Shown piece by piece: positions 24,921 to 34,378 of a stretch of DNA of 64,000 nucleotides. Made by a program: the position numbers and the translations under genes. Within the stretch, counting starts at the first letter, position 1, and each line of letters starts with the position of its first letter. Source of the stretch: a virus (Duplodnaviria; Caudoviricetes); the IMG/VR virus record IMGVR_UViG_3300010429_000981, positions 13,722-77,721 of that record; one strand, written 5' to 3'. The notes beneath the pieces are model-generated. The model did not search any database and was not told the origin of the DNA. It saw nothing but the letters and a program-made list of their open reading frames with translations.

Positions 24921-27900
24921 TTATGTAGGTAATCTCCCAGAGGCATAGAACATTGGAGCATCGGTATATTGGTATATCATCGCAGACAATGCATCTATGT
25001 CTCCTGGGAAATGGGTATTAACATTTCCATGTAATCCTGCAATAGGCTGTCCATGAATAGTTTCGGCACCATTACCAGAACCCTGAACCATATTAATAAC
25101 ATTGCCTAATCCATTAGCCTGAGCCGCTGCTTTATCCTTTTCAACTTTACTAGATTGTTGTGCTAATAATTCACCATTTAATAGTGGTTGTTTATCAATA
25201 TTTAATGTGGTAGGTTGTCCTAATAATAACGCTTTTGTTTCTGACATTTCCTGAGAAGTAAAGGTTTTTTTAGGATGTGCCAAAGTACTTCTGGATTCAC
25301 CTCCAAATAAAGGTGAGAAAAATTCCTCCATTGCGGGTAAATCAAATAAATCTTTTAATTCTTGTGGTAATAATCCAGAGGCTTGTTCAGTAACATTCTT
25401 TAGAAAATCTCCTAATTTATCAAAACCTTCACTTAAACTTTTACCAACACTGTCAACTGTATCATTAAAACTGGGCATTTTACTTTTTAATGATTCCATT
25501 TTACCAATAACTTCTTCCAAGGCTTTTTCTGGATCTGTTCCTGGTGTGGCTTTTATCTTTTTTAATGTTTCTAATAACATTTTTTTCTCACCTGGTTTTG
25601 ATAATCCTTGCCATTGTTTACCTAACTTATCAGCATAATCTTCTGGGTTGATATCACCTTTCATGAATTGACCAAATTTCCCATAGTTATCGGACATCAT
25701 ATATTTGTGTAGCATATCTTTTTGTAAATCTTTATCAAATATTCTATTTTTATCATAATTTTTTCCATGGAAATATTCAGATAGGAATCCATCATTACCA
25801 TAATTTTCACCAAATAAAGTAGTACCCACCCATTGGCCAATACCTGCGGCTGAAGTACCTTTATCTGTATGTTTTAATGTTCCTTCGGTTGCTTTAGTTA
25901 ATTTCTTTTGAAATACTTCTAATTCTCCTAACGACATAGAACTAACAGTTTTTCCACCCAATAAATTATTATATTTACCAGTAGTATCGCCATAAAATGC
26001 ATCGGGATTTCCCTTTGATTCAGTTCTCAATAATTGTCCTATTAAATCGCCATACGGATTAATATCTAATTTAGTATTAGGAGAATAATTACCACCCATT
26101 GCTGAAGATAAAGAATTTTGAGAAATATGTTTAGCATATTCTTCTCCTTTTAATCCTTTTGCTCCACTACCATTATTACCATATACATGCCAATTTTCAC
26201 CAAATGCATCACCTATTTGCAATTGATGTTGCGCTGCTAATGCTTTCCATTGTTTTAATTGTTCAGGGGTCATAGTGTTCATCCCACTAGCATTTTTGAA
26301 CTTTTTAAGATATATATCCCCACCATCACCAAAACCGTGTCTGGATGAATATGGTTTTGCAACGGGAGCGCCATTAGGATCTCTATTATTATACAAATAT
26401 TCTTGAGTAGTTGCTGTAGACCTTAATGCTGATTTTTCTTTCTCTGTTGGTGGTCTATAGGCTGATGATATTTCTATTTTATCTCCAAATGCTGCTTCAG
26501 CATCTTTAATAAAATTAGACAAATTTCTGGCATATTCTGCATCTAAATTTCCGACATCTACATTAGCATTTGCGCGTTTATTACTTAATGAATTTAATGT
26601 GGAACCAAAGTCTGAATTACCAGCCACAACATCATTACTTGGTAAAGCAGAAGGAATACTAGGGGCGCTTGGAGTATTATTATTCGATACTGGTATTGGT
26701 ATAGATGGTATTGGTAAACGTGTATTAGGAGTATTTAATACTGAATCATGATCATTATTTCCTAATAATAATGCAGTACCAGCACCTCCAGCGGCAGCAA
26801 TACCAACCTTAGTCATGCTTCTACCAACACCCTGAAAAACATTAGAATTTACTGTTTTTATTACTCCACTTACAGTTTTAGTAGTAGTAACACCAAGTTT
26901 AGGCACATTTTTTATTATACCCTGTAACACTTTTGCTGAAGACCCCGGAGTAAATACCGTAAATGCTACTAAACCAAATAGCCCCATTGCCTCCATTGTA
27001 TGATCTTCTGCAAATTTGGTTAATACTTGTAAAGCAGTATTTGGCGCTTGAATGGCCAAATCTAATAAATTAACTGGGGGACTTTTTAACTCATCTATTA
27101 TATACCGTTCTACTCTTGTTACTAATGCTTCCATAGCAGAATCCATTGCTACACCCACAATAGCACCAGCAGCAATACCAGCCGGTCCGCCTAACACACC
27201 AAAAGCACCACCCACTATAGCAGCATCTCTAGCACCTTCACCTAAATAGTTCCCTATACCAGCGGTTGTATCAGTAGCAACACCAGAATTTTTTAATGCT
27301 TCTTGTATAGTAGCAAGACTAGCGGATTTATTATCAGTTATAAATTTTTCTTTTGCCGCTTCAACATCTTTAATTTTTCCGATAATTACATTTTTATCTT
27401 CTAAGTTTTTTGCTCTTGCTTTAGATTGTTCTTTTGGTGATAATGTTTTATATGCGGATCTATTTGATGAATTTACATCAATATTACTTTTTTCTACTTT
27501 TAATTTTGCTAATTCCTCATCATATTCTCTAATTTTAGCACCATAAGGATCAGAGGCATCTTCTTGGTCTTGTATAAATTTTTGTTTTGCTTCATTTACT
27601 TCTTTTAATTTTTTCTGAAGTTCTTTACGTTTTTCCCCAATTTCTTCACTCTTTTTGTGTTGATCAGTTGGAGATAGAGCATTATATTCAGCAGTTGGAT
27701 TATCTTTACCGCCTAATTTATTATCTTTAATAGATTTTTTTAAGTCCTCTATTTCTTGATCATAATTACGTATTCTGGTATCATAATCATTTGGTTCTTC
27801 TCCCAGTATATTAGGGATACTTGGTAAAGTAATATTAGATGTTAAGTCTACATTATCATTGGCGTAATCATATCCAAGTAATGCCGCAGCACCTCCTACA

Positions 27901-28892
27901 ACCGTCTTTCCTCCACCAGCGGCTAATGGTAATGCGCGTCTTCCAAAATATGCTGCTGCTCCTGCTAAACCAACTCCCTGAGCGGTTTCTTGATTAACTG
28001 AACCATCTGGATTATGCAAACTATTAGCATTAAATAATTGGTCAACATCGGTTCTGGATCTTTCAAGAATAGATTCTCTACCCATTACTTGTGATGCTGC
28101 ATATTCTCCACCTAAAAACCCACCAATAAATTTAGCACCTTTGGCTAATAGACCGCCGCCACCGATACGCATTGTTGCAAGTCCACCAGCCACACCAGCC
28201 GTACTAATAGATTCAGTATCAACACCATATTCCTGTAACTTTTTACCAACTTGACCACCGCCAATAGCACCAATAAATCCTAATACTGTTTTGACTAATA
28301 ATCCTCCAGGAGCAAATGCACCTAATAATAATCCAATAGCACCATTAGTACTAAAGGTATCTTTTACTAATGTTCCCATCCTTTCAGAGAATTTTTCTGT
28401 TTCAGTAACATATCCACCAATATCATCCTTAAATTTAACAACTTTATCAGTAACACCTGTAAAAGAAGTTCCCAATAAATCCAAATTAGAAAGTAATGTA
28501 GCAACTCCTCCTGCAACTGCCCCCCATTTTAATACATCAGCAATGGTAATTCCATCTTCTTTTTTTTCTTCTTTAGAATCATTATTACCATGATTATTAT
28601 GAGTACCTAATGCTGCTATTCTATTAAGATGCTGCATTAATTCTCTATGTCTTCTTGCTTCTCCTCGTTCCTCAGAATCATCCACACGAACATCTTCTTT
28701 CTTGGCCTCTATAATACCATCTTTAACAGCCTTTCTTAATGTTGCTTCTAATTGTTGTTGATTACTATTATTACCTATCAATAAGGAACCTAATTTTGAT
28801 ACTAAATCATCAAGACCACTAGAAGAAGCGGTACTTGTATTAGGATCTTTTACGTTATGAGATGGTCCAAAATTGAAAGATTGTTGTATCAT
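24921..28892 (-). CDS. tape-measure/baseplate-hub protein (gp29-like) with M15-like peptidase and lysozyme-like domains
   Basis: 1323 aa with Gly/Ala-rich hydrophobic helices and coiled coil; ISSAYR...SSRHGFGDGGD (M15-like); LLRTES...SAAGIGQW (lysozyme-like); follows 26/51. Confidence 0.7.
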   Translation of the reverse strand: MIQQSFNFGPSHNVKDPNTSTASSSGLDDLVSKLGSLLIGNNSNQQQLEATLRKAVKDGIIEAKKEDVRVDDSEERGEARRHRELMQHLNRIAALGTHNNHGNNDSKEEKKEDGITIADVLKWGAVAGGVATLLSNLDLLGTSFTGVTDKVVKFKDDIGGYVTETEKFSERMGTLVKDTFSTNGAIGLLLGAFAPGGLLVKTVLGFIGAIGGGQVGKKLQEYGVDTESISTAGVAGGLATMRIGGGGLLAKGAKFIGGFLGGEYAASQVMGRESILERSRTDVDQLFNANSLHNPDGSVNQETAQGVGLAGAAAYFGRRALPLAAGGGKTVVGGAAALLGYDYANDNVDLTSNITLPSIPNILGEEPNDYDTRIRNYDQEIEDLKKSIKDNKLGGKDNPTAEYNALSPTDQHKKSEEIGEKRKELQKKLKEVNEAKQKFIQDQEDASDPYGAKIREYDEELAKLKVEKSNIDVNSSNRSAYKTLSPKEQSKARAKNLEDKNVIIGKIKDVEAAKEKFITDNKSASLATIQEALKNSGVATDTTAGIGNYLGEGARDAAIVGGAFGVLGGPAGIAAGAIVGVAMDSAMEALVTRVERYIIDELKSPPVNLLDLAIQAPNTALQVLTKFAEDHTMEAMGLFGLVAFTVFTPGSSAKVLQGIIKNVPKLGVTTTKTVSGVIKTVNSNVFQGVGRSMTKVGIAAAGGAGTALLLGNNDHDSVLNTPNTRLPIPSIPIPVSNNNTPSAPSIPSALPSNDVVAGNSDFGSTLNSLSNKRANANVDVGNLDAEYARNLSNFIKDAEAAFGDKIEISSAYRPPTEKEKSALRSTATTQEYLYNNRDPNGAPVAKPYSSRHGFGDGGDIYLKKFKNASGMNTMTPEQLKQWKALAAQHQLQIGDAFGENWHVYGNNGSGAKGLKGEEYAKHISQNSLSSAMGGNYSPNTKLDINPYGDLIGQLLRTESKGNPDAFYGDTTGKYNNLLGGKTVSSMSLGELEVFQKKLTKATEGTLKHTDKGTSAAGIGQWVGTTLFGENYGNDGFLSEYFHGKNYDKNRIFDKDLQKDMLHKYMMSDNYGKFGQFMKGDINPEDYADKLGKQWQGLSKPGEKKMLLETLKKIKATPGTDPEKALEEVIGKMESLKSKMPSFNDTVDSVGKSLSEGFDKLGDFLKNVTEQASGLLPQELKDLFDLPAMEEFFSPLFGGESRSTLAHPKKTFTSQEMSETKALLLGQPTTLNIDKQPLLNGELLAQQSSKVEKDKAAAQANGLGNVINMVQGSGNGAETIHGQPIAGLHGNVNTHFPGDIDALSAMIYQYTDAPMFYASGRLPT

Positions 28893-28915
28893 ATTAATGA
28901 AACTCTGTTAAAATG

Positions 28916-29089
28916 TTATTCTGCGTTATTTTCTTCTTTTTTCATATGTTCTTGTAATAATGTAATATAAATTTCTCTCTCAAATGGCATCATGTTCTCT
29001 ATTTCGGTTAAACTATAATTATGCTGTTTCATTAATGAAAAATTCATAGTATAATAGTTTTCCAGAGATTCATGAGCCAGAATTACTAA
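28916..29089 (-). CDS. 51: gp51-like baseplate hub assembly protein (missed by ORF track; probably reached by -1 frameshift from gene 26)
   Basis: LVILAHESLENYYTMNFSLMKQHNYSLTEIENMMPFEREIYITLL...; no ATG upstream of the conserved H..LENYY. Confidence 0.75.
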   Translation of the reverse strand, partial: LVILAHESLENYYTMNFSLMKQHNYSLTEIENMMPFEREIYITLLQEHMKKEENNAE

Positions 29090-29793
29090 AAAAAATTGGC
29101 TAGACCTGCTACTGTTTTAGATTGTTCTTTCTTACATACAGGACAAGTATAATTAATTACTTTACTTAATTTTGGTAATTCATCAAAATAATTCTCCATT
29201 TTCTTAAATTCTTCACCTTTCAAACTATCAAGAAAAGCAATAACTTCCTCATTAGTTTGTTCAGAAACATTATGAATTTCTTCTTCATCAAAAATAGATT
29301 CAATACAATTTGCTACTGTTTGAAACATATCATCAATATTACCACGATTCATTTGAGCATTGGTAATATCCGTTACAGTAGGATATTTCATTACTACACC
29401 AACCTTATCAAATAATATAATTTTATTATTAAAATCCTTAGGAATTTCTACTTTTAATTCAGTAAGATTAATACTAACATTAGAAACTGCTCTTTCATCA
29501 TTACAAAAATCACAGCGAATTGATAAATCTACTGTTTCTCCTACTGATACTGCTCTTAATTGTGAGAAAATATATTCGAAATCAAACGATGCTAATTTAT
29601 CTACATCAATTTTAGTAATGACACAAGATTGAATTACAGATTTTAATGTATCGAGCATAACGTCAACTTCATTAGTCATCTGTGCGATTAATAAAGCCTT
29701 TTCTTCCCTAACTAAAAAGGGACGATATTTAATCTCTTTTTTAGTAGATGGAACGGTTAATGTATATACAGGAGAAGTGCGGTTAGGTAACAT
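29086..29793 (-). CDS. 26: baseplate hub assembly chaperone gp26
   Basis: LP....P.Y.L..PST...IKYRPFLVREEK.LL, FDFEYIF..LRA.SVGE, P.L......TC..C.......GL.NFF. Confidence 0.88.
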   Translation of the reverse strand: MLPNRTSPVYTLTVPSTKKEIKYRPFLVREEKALLIAQMTNEVDVMLDTLKSVIQSCVITKIDVDKLASFDFEYIFSQLRAVSVGETVDLSIRCDFCNDERAVSNVSINLTELKVEIPKDFNNKIILFDKVGVVMKYPTVTDITNAQMNRGNIDDMFQTVANCIESIFDEEEIHNVSEQTNEEVIAFLDSLKGEEFKKMENYFDELPKLSKVINYTCPVCKKEQSKTVAGLANFF

Positions 29794-29813
29794 AATATTT
29801 CCTCATTTTCAGT

Positions 29814-30227
29814 TTATAATGGATTGATTTGTTTCAACATTTTAGTTAATTCAGAAGTAGAACCAACAAATATAGCATTGTTATTATTAGTAATTTTAGT
29901 AATATCTGAATCTGGTTTTTTAGTAGTTAATCGTTGTTTTTTCTCAGAGATATCTAACAATTGATGGTTGATATCGGCTAATTGTTTAATGATATTTCCT
30001 ACCACTTCAAACGCTCTGGAATTTTCTGATTGTTTTGCTACTTCCAGAGCATAATTTAGTGCATCTTGACCTTGAGTTAATAATGAATGAAGATTATTTC
30101 TAGTTTTATTATAATCATATTCTATAGGATCAATATCATCAGGTAATTGTATAATATGTTCACCAGTAGAAGTAATTAATTCTGTATCTGGTAAATTTAA
30201 TAATTCATTAATCGCGGGTAGGTTCAT
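29814..30227 (-). CDS. 16: terminase small subunit gp16-like
   Basis: DY...R.NL..L...GQ.A....L.VA..SE..RAFEV...IK; NNAIFVGSTSEL. Confidence 0.8.
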   Translation of the reverse strand: MNLPAINELLNLPDTELITSTGEHIIQLPDDIDPIEYDYNKTRNNLHSLLTQGQDALNYALEVAKQSENSRAFEVVGNIIKQLADINHQLLDISEKKQRLTTKKPDSDITKITNNNNAIFVGSTSELTKMLKQINPL

Positions 30228-30718
30228 TTTTTATTCTTAAAATATCTAAAGTTAAAGGTTACAGTTAGAGTAGCGATTCCGTTTGCTCTTGCTTCTAGGG
30301 TATCTCCTTCTATATTTCTGGGATATGCCTCAAATACCTGAACTTCGTTTCTAATATTATCATTAATATCTAATACTTTAATAGTGATATCACGAATATA
30401 ATTATTATAATAATCAAGAATACCATTATCAGGATTTTGAATTTGTTTAGCCCATTCATCAAATATTTTTTTAACTTTAAGATCGGTATCTAAATAGAAT
30501 CTCATTACTATTTGATTAACATTTTTCATCCAGGCATGATCTCTACTAATACCAAACATATTATTAGTATCAGTTACTAAAAATTGTGATGGAATAGTAA
30601 CTGAATGACACATGAGACTAATTAGTTCAGAATCACCATAGGGAATAATTACCTCAAATCTATTCTGGCGTGATAAACTTTTATTTCTAACATGTGCTAA
30701 AAACTTCTCGAATGACAT
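30224..30718 (-). CDS. tail-tube-fold protein (gp54/gp19-like)
   Basis: RQNRFEV, CHSVTIP, FYLD.......FD.W...I, EAYP, LTVTF. Confidence 0.75.
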   Translation of the reverse strand: MSFEKFLAHVRNKSLSRQNRFEVIIPYGDSELISLMCHSVTIPSQFLVTDTNNMFGISRDHAWMKNVNQIVMRFYLDTDLKVKKIFDEWAKQIQNPDNGILDYYNNYIRDITIKVLDINDNIRNEVQVFEAYPRNIEGDTLEARANGIATLTVTFNFRYFKNKK

Positions 30719-30721
30719 ATA

Positions 30722-31345
30722 TTATCGTCCTATTACTTTACTAGATTCTTTCCAAACAGTTCGCTTATTTTGACCAACAAACATTTCTACGGGTAATAAT
30801 AAAGCAGTAGCCCAATCTTCTCCTGGTATCTTCTTAAATGGCGATCTAACATTAGCACTTAAATATCTATGTACACAAGGTTCTGCTAATCGATGTTGAG
30901 AAAGAGATTGAATATATTGCCATGTAATATTCAGACGAGTAGCATCAGTATAACCAGGAGCAATTTTTAATGATGTTAAAGAATCCATTAATTTTATTCT
31001 TAAATCATAAATTAAATAATGCATATTTAAGCCAATGAAACCATTTTTAGTCATTCTAAAAGGAAATATTAGTGGAAATCTATCCCAATAAGGTAATGTT
31101 GCTTTATATTTAGCATCATAGAAAAACATATACATATCACCAGGAATAATAGTAGAACGATTCATTAATGGTTTAGTTCTAATTAATGTCTCTGGTTGTA
31201 ATCCATAATTTTTTAATTCATTTACTTTCTGAAAAAACCATCCTAATGATTTTTTTCTGGCTTCATCCATAGTAATAGCGTTACGTCTAAATATCTTATC
31301 GTAATCACTATGTCTATGTTGTAAATAGGTATCAATTATTCCCAT
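30722..31345 (-). CDS. 2: DNA end protector protein gp2
   Basis: PGDMYMFFYDAK.K..LPYWDRFPL, GF.GLNMHYL. Confidence 0.88.
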   Translation of the reverse strand: MGIIDTYLQHRHSDYDKIFRRNAITMDEARKKSLGWFFQKVNELKNYGLQPETLIRTKPLMNRSTIIPGDMYMFFYDAKYKATLPYWDRFPLIFPFRMTKNGFIGLNMHYLIYDLRIKLMDSLTSLKIAPGYTDATRLNITWQYIQSLSQHRLAEPCVHRYLSANVRSPFKKIPGEDWATALLLPVEMFVGQNKRTVWKESSKVIGR

Positions 31346-31788
31346 TATTTTATTCCTAATTCTTTCTCAGTAAATATCTTAAATTCCCAACCTTTTTTTT
31401 CACAAAACATTCGTGCTGCTTGCCATTTTGCAGAATTAATTCCATACGTTAATACTTCATTAATATTCCTTTTTTTAGGTGGTATAGTTTGTTTGTACGG
31501 TTTTATTTCTATTAGATAAATTTTAACATTATTATCTTTATCTTTTACTTTAATCATGGCATCTACAAAATAACGATGAATAATTTTATCTTTAGGATTA
31601 TCTTTAGGTGATGAGTAAGGAATAGCAATTTCTTCTGATGACCAATTAACGATAGAAGTATTCATATCACACCAATTATAAAATTTTAATTCCCAAGAAC
31701 TTCGTACCCAGACATTATTAACATCACCAACATATTTATTGGCATTTTTTACTTTGTATAAATAAGGATCTTTATAAACTTTGCGCAT
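31345..31788 (-). CDS. 4: head completion nuclease gp4
   Basis: RSSWE..F..WCD, WSSEE..IPY, HRYFVD, IEIKP..QT, N.AKW.AA..FC. Confidence 0.9.
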   Translation of the reverse strand: MRKVYKDPYLYKVKNANKYVGDVNNVWVRSSWELKFYNWCDMNTSIVNWSSEEIAIPYSSPKDNPKDKIIHRYFVDAMIKVKDKDNNVKIYLIEIKPYKQTIPPKKRNINEVLTYGINSAKWQAARMFCEKKGWEFKIFTEKELGIK

Positions 31789-31793
31789 ATTAC

Positions 31794-31801
31794 TATTTAT
31801 T
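31794..31801 (-). promoter_or_regulatory. possible late promoter variant for gene 4
   Basis: AATAAATA on the minus strand just upstream of gene 4. Confidence 0.45.
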
Positions 31802-31833
31802 CAATAATAATAGTAAGTATTTTTACTATGGTT

Positions 31834-31967
31834 GAAAATAATGTTTGACAAGGGGTCTAAAAAGGAGTATTATTTATCTGTTGTCCGGTTCAAGGGATAC
31901 TATATTAATTAATATTAAGTATTATCTAATATAAATTCATTATAAAGATGCTCTAAATACATTATAT
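31834..31967 (+). repeat. 134-bp inverted repeat, copy A, containing a sigma70 promoter
   Basis: Colinear, ungapped match to the reverse complement of 62511-62644; TTGACA(31845)-17 bp-TATTAT(31868). Confidence 0.9.
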
Positions 31968-31974
31968 ATAAATA
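31967..31974 (+). promoter_or_regulatory. T4-type late promoter
   Basis: Exact TATAAATA upstream of 32006. Confidence 0.6.
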
Positions 31975-32005
31975 TCATGTAAGAAATCTACTAATAAGGT
32001 TCATA

Positions 32006-32548
32006 ATGAAAAAATTCAAAGAATTCACCAATTTGTTAGAAACTCCTATAATGAATAGTTATTGGACTAAAGATAAAATTAGTATATTATCAGATACGGC
32101 AAAACAAAATATTAAAGATTCTACATATCCTGAAAATAAAATAGACAATAATTTCTATTATAAAATGGTTAATGGCGATCATGCTTATTTTAATAAAAAT
32201 AATGATAAAGTAAACGCATTCTCAATTGTTACTAAAGACAACATTCATAAATTGACACATAAAGGCACAGATAACGCTCAACAAATACACAACTTTATGA
32301 TACACCACGCTGAACAACATGGTTCAATAAAAACAGATACAAATAATACAAAGGGATCAAAACATTTATGGACCTCATTAATAAAATCAAAACCCATTAA
32401 TAAAAATTTTCATTATTTGAACTTAAACACACAAGAAAAAGTTTCAGTAGATTCAAACAACATAGACGATGTTTCCGATAAAATTTGGGGACGACATTCA
32501 AAATTTAATAATATACAATTGGTAATGACACATCATGACCCAGCCTGA
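32006..32548 (+). CDS. hypothetical late protein with capsid-targeting-like N-terminus
   Basis: MKKFKEFTNLLE resembles T4 internal-protein MKTYQEFIAE; late promoter upstream. Confidence 0.6.
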   Translation: MKKFKEFTNLLETPIMNSYWTKDKISILSDTAKQNIKDSTYPENKIDNNFYYKMVNGDHAYFNKNNDKVNAFSIVTKDNIHKLTHKGTDNAQQIHNFMIHHAEQHGSIKTDTNNTKGSKHLWTSLIKSKPINKNFHYLNLNTQEKVSVDSNNIDDVSDKIWGRHSKFNNIQLVMTHHDPA

Positions 32549-32807
32549 ATTTGAACATATAATACTGCCTTTTATTGATTTCTACTGGAAACGCACTTTT
32601 TATCACACATGGCCTAAAGATGAAGAATTTCGTTTAGGGCAAATGGTATTTTTTTGCAGCCAACACTATATTCCAGATGCAGTAATTTTCTTAAACGATC
32701 AGGATGAAATTGTTGATGGTTTTTATGTTTCTAATCATAATAAATGGAAAGGAGAAGACATTAAAGCCAAACTTGAAGAATTGGGTGTTTGGGAAGAAGA
32801 AGATTAA
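32535..32807 (+). CDS. hypothetical protein
   Basis: 90-aa ORF. Confidence 0.55.
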   Translation: MTQPEFEHIILPFIDFYWKRTFYHTWPKDEEFRLGQMVFFCSQHYIPDAVIFLNDQDEIVDGFYVSNHNKWKGEDIKAKLEELGVWEEED

Positions 32808-32857
32808 ATACTATCACTTATCCCCTTATCCAATCAAATAATATCTTTTTATTTATA

Positions 32858-32865
32858 TATAAATA
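32858..32865 (+). promoter_or_regulatory. T4-type late promoter for the baseplate operon
   Basis: Exact TATAAATA 32 bp before gene 48. Confidence 0.7.
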
Positions 32866-32897
32866 GTAATATGATTATATATAGATAGAGAGTTAAT

Positions 32898-33839
32898 ATG
32901 TCCTCATTTCAAGAAAACATTAATAGAAATATTTCAGATGTAGTAAATCCAATAGTAGATGCCATTGATGATATTACTGATTTTAATAATTTTGTTAATG
33001 ATCTCACCAGTAATCCTCTTGATTTTCTAGGTATTGATGATGCCCTGAATAGTATTAATGATGCTCTTAATAGATTAAACGGATCATTATTTGGAGCAAC
33101 AGGATTAAGATTTCCTGATAATTTAATGCAAGAATCTGGTGGAAATTATATGATATATGAATCAGAAGGTTCTAATATCGCTTTATTTTTACCCAGAAAT
33201 GTTTCTTTTCAATATGGAATGAATTGGCAAGAATTAGATACATTCTCAGCATTAAGAATATTAATTGATGAAGGTCCAAGAGTAGCAGAAATTTTCAAAC
33301 GATCTTCTGATGGTAAAAGTTTTCTATCTGCTGTTAAAGATACCGGAGCAACGGATGCAGCAATGGGTATCGGTGGTAATATTGGCCTGAATGCATTACA
33401 TAGACTAGATCCTAATAGTGGTAATTATGCCGGAAAAGTAATGGGAATTGCTCCTAATCCATTAAGAGAACAAATATTTCGTGGTGTAAATTTTAGACAA
33501 TTTAGTTTTACCTATGATTTTTTTCCTAAAAGTCCCTCAGAATCAAAAGCAATAAAAGAAATTGTCAAGACGTTTAAGAAAAAAATGCATCCTGAATACA
33601 AATTTGATAAGTATCTTTATAAGTATCCTGATGAATTTTGTATTACTCTTTATTCAGGAGGTAATACAAACTTTATGCCGAAAATTAAACCCTGTGTACT
33701 TACTGATTTAGTAGTTGATTATGCACCTCTAGGAGCATTTGTTTCAACACGCGACGGTAGTCCCGTTAAAACTTCCCTAAGATTAATGTTTAAGGAAATA
33801 GGATTACTAACTAAGAAAGAAATTGATGAGGGATATTAA
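32898..33839 (+). CDS. 48: baseplate tail-tube cap gp48
   Basis: PNP..EQIF.GVNFR.F.F.Y.F.PKS..E, YP.EF.I, K.K.CVLT...VDY.P, L.F.E. Confidence 0.85.
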   Translation: MSSFQENINRNISDVVNPIVDAIDDITDFNNFVNDLTSNPLDFLGIDDALNSINDALNRLNGSLFGATGLRFPDNLMQESGGNYMIYESEGSNIALFLPRNVSFQYGMNWQELDTFSALRILIDEGPRVAEIFKRSSDGKSFLSAVKDTGATDAAMGIGGNIGLNALHRLDPNSGNYAGKVMGIAPNPLREQIFRGVNFRQFSFTYDFFPKSPSESKAIKEIVKTFKKKMHPEYKFDKYLYKYPDEFCITLYSGGNTNFMPKIKPCVLTDLVVDYAPLGAFVSTRDGSPVKTSLRLMFKEIGLLTKKEIDEGY

Positions 33840-33841
33840 TT

Positions 33842-34378
33842 ATGTATTTTGCTAAATTCCCTAAAATTAAATATGAATTTCTTATTAATGGTAAAAAAGT
33901 AATTAAAACTGTAAAAGATATTACTATTAATGTAAGAATTCAAAAAGAGATATTAGCCAATTATACTATTTATGATGAATATGATCTAAAGGATGGTGAT
34001 ACTCCTGAAATTATTTCTTATAAACTTTATGATACTACTCTTTATCATTGGGTAGTGATGTTATGTAATCTAAAATTTGATTGGAGAAGTGATTTTCCAT
34101 TACCTGTTTATGAATTTGAGGAATATCTTAAAGATAAATATCAAACAGATGTTAGTAATCTTTATAATCAAATACATCATTATGAAGATTTAAGAGGTTA
34201 TGTAGTAAATAGTGATTATGTTATTCCTGCTGGATTTGATGAATCTGGATATACTGCAATACCTATCACTGTCTATAATTATGAATCTCAATTAAATGAT
34301 AACAAAAGAAGAATAAAAGTAATTTCTAAAAATAATTTAACGGTTATATTAAACAATTTTAGAGATTTAATTAAATGA
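33842..34378 (+). CDS. 53: baseplate wedge protein gp53
   Basis: MYF.KFP...Y, DGDTPE.IS.KLY, HWVV...N, HHYE, E...ND.KR.IK. Confidence 0.88.
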   Translation: MYFAKFPKIKYEFLINGKKVIKTVKDITINVRIQKEILANYTIYDEYDLKDGDTPEIISYKLYDTTLYHWVVMLCNLKFDWRSDFPLPVYEFEEYLKDKYQTDVSNLYNQIHHYEDLRGYVVNSDYVIPAGFDESGYTAIPITVYNYESQLNDNKRRIKVISKNNLTVILNNFRDLIK

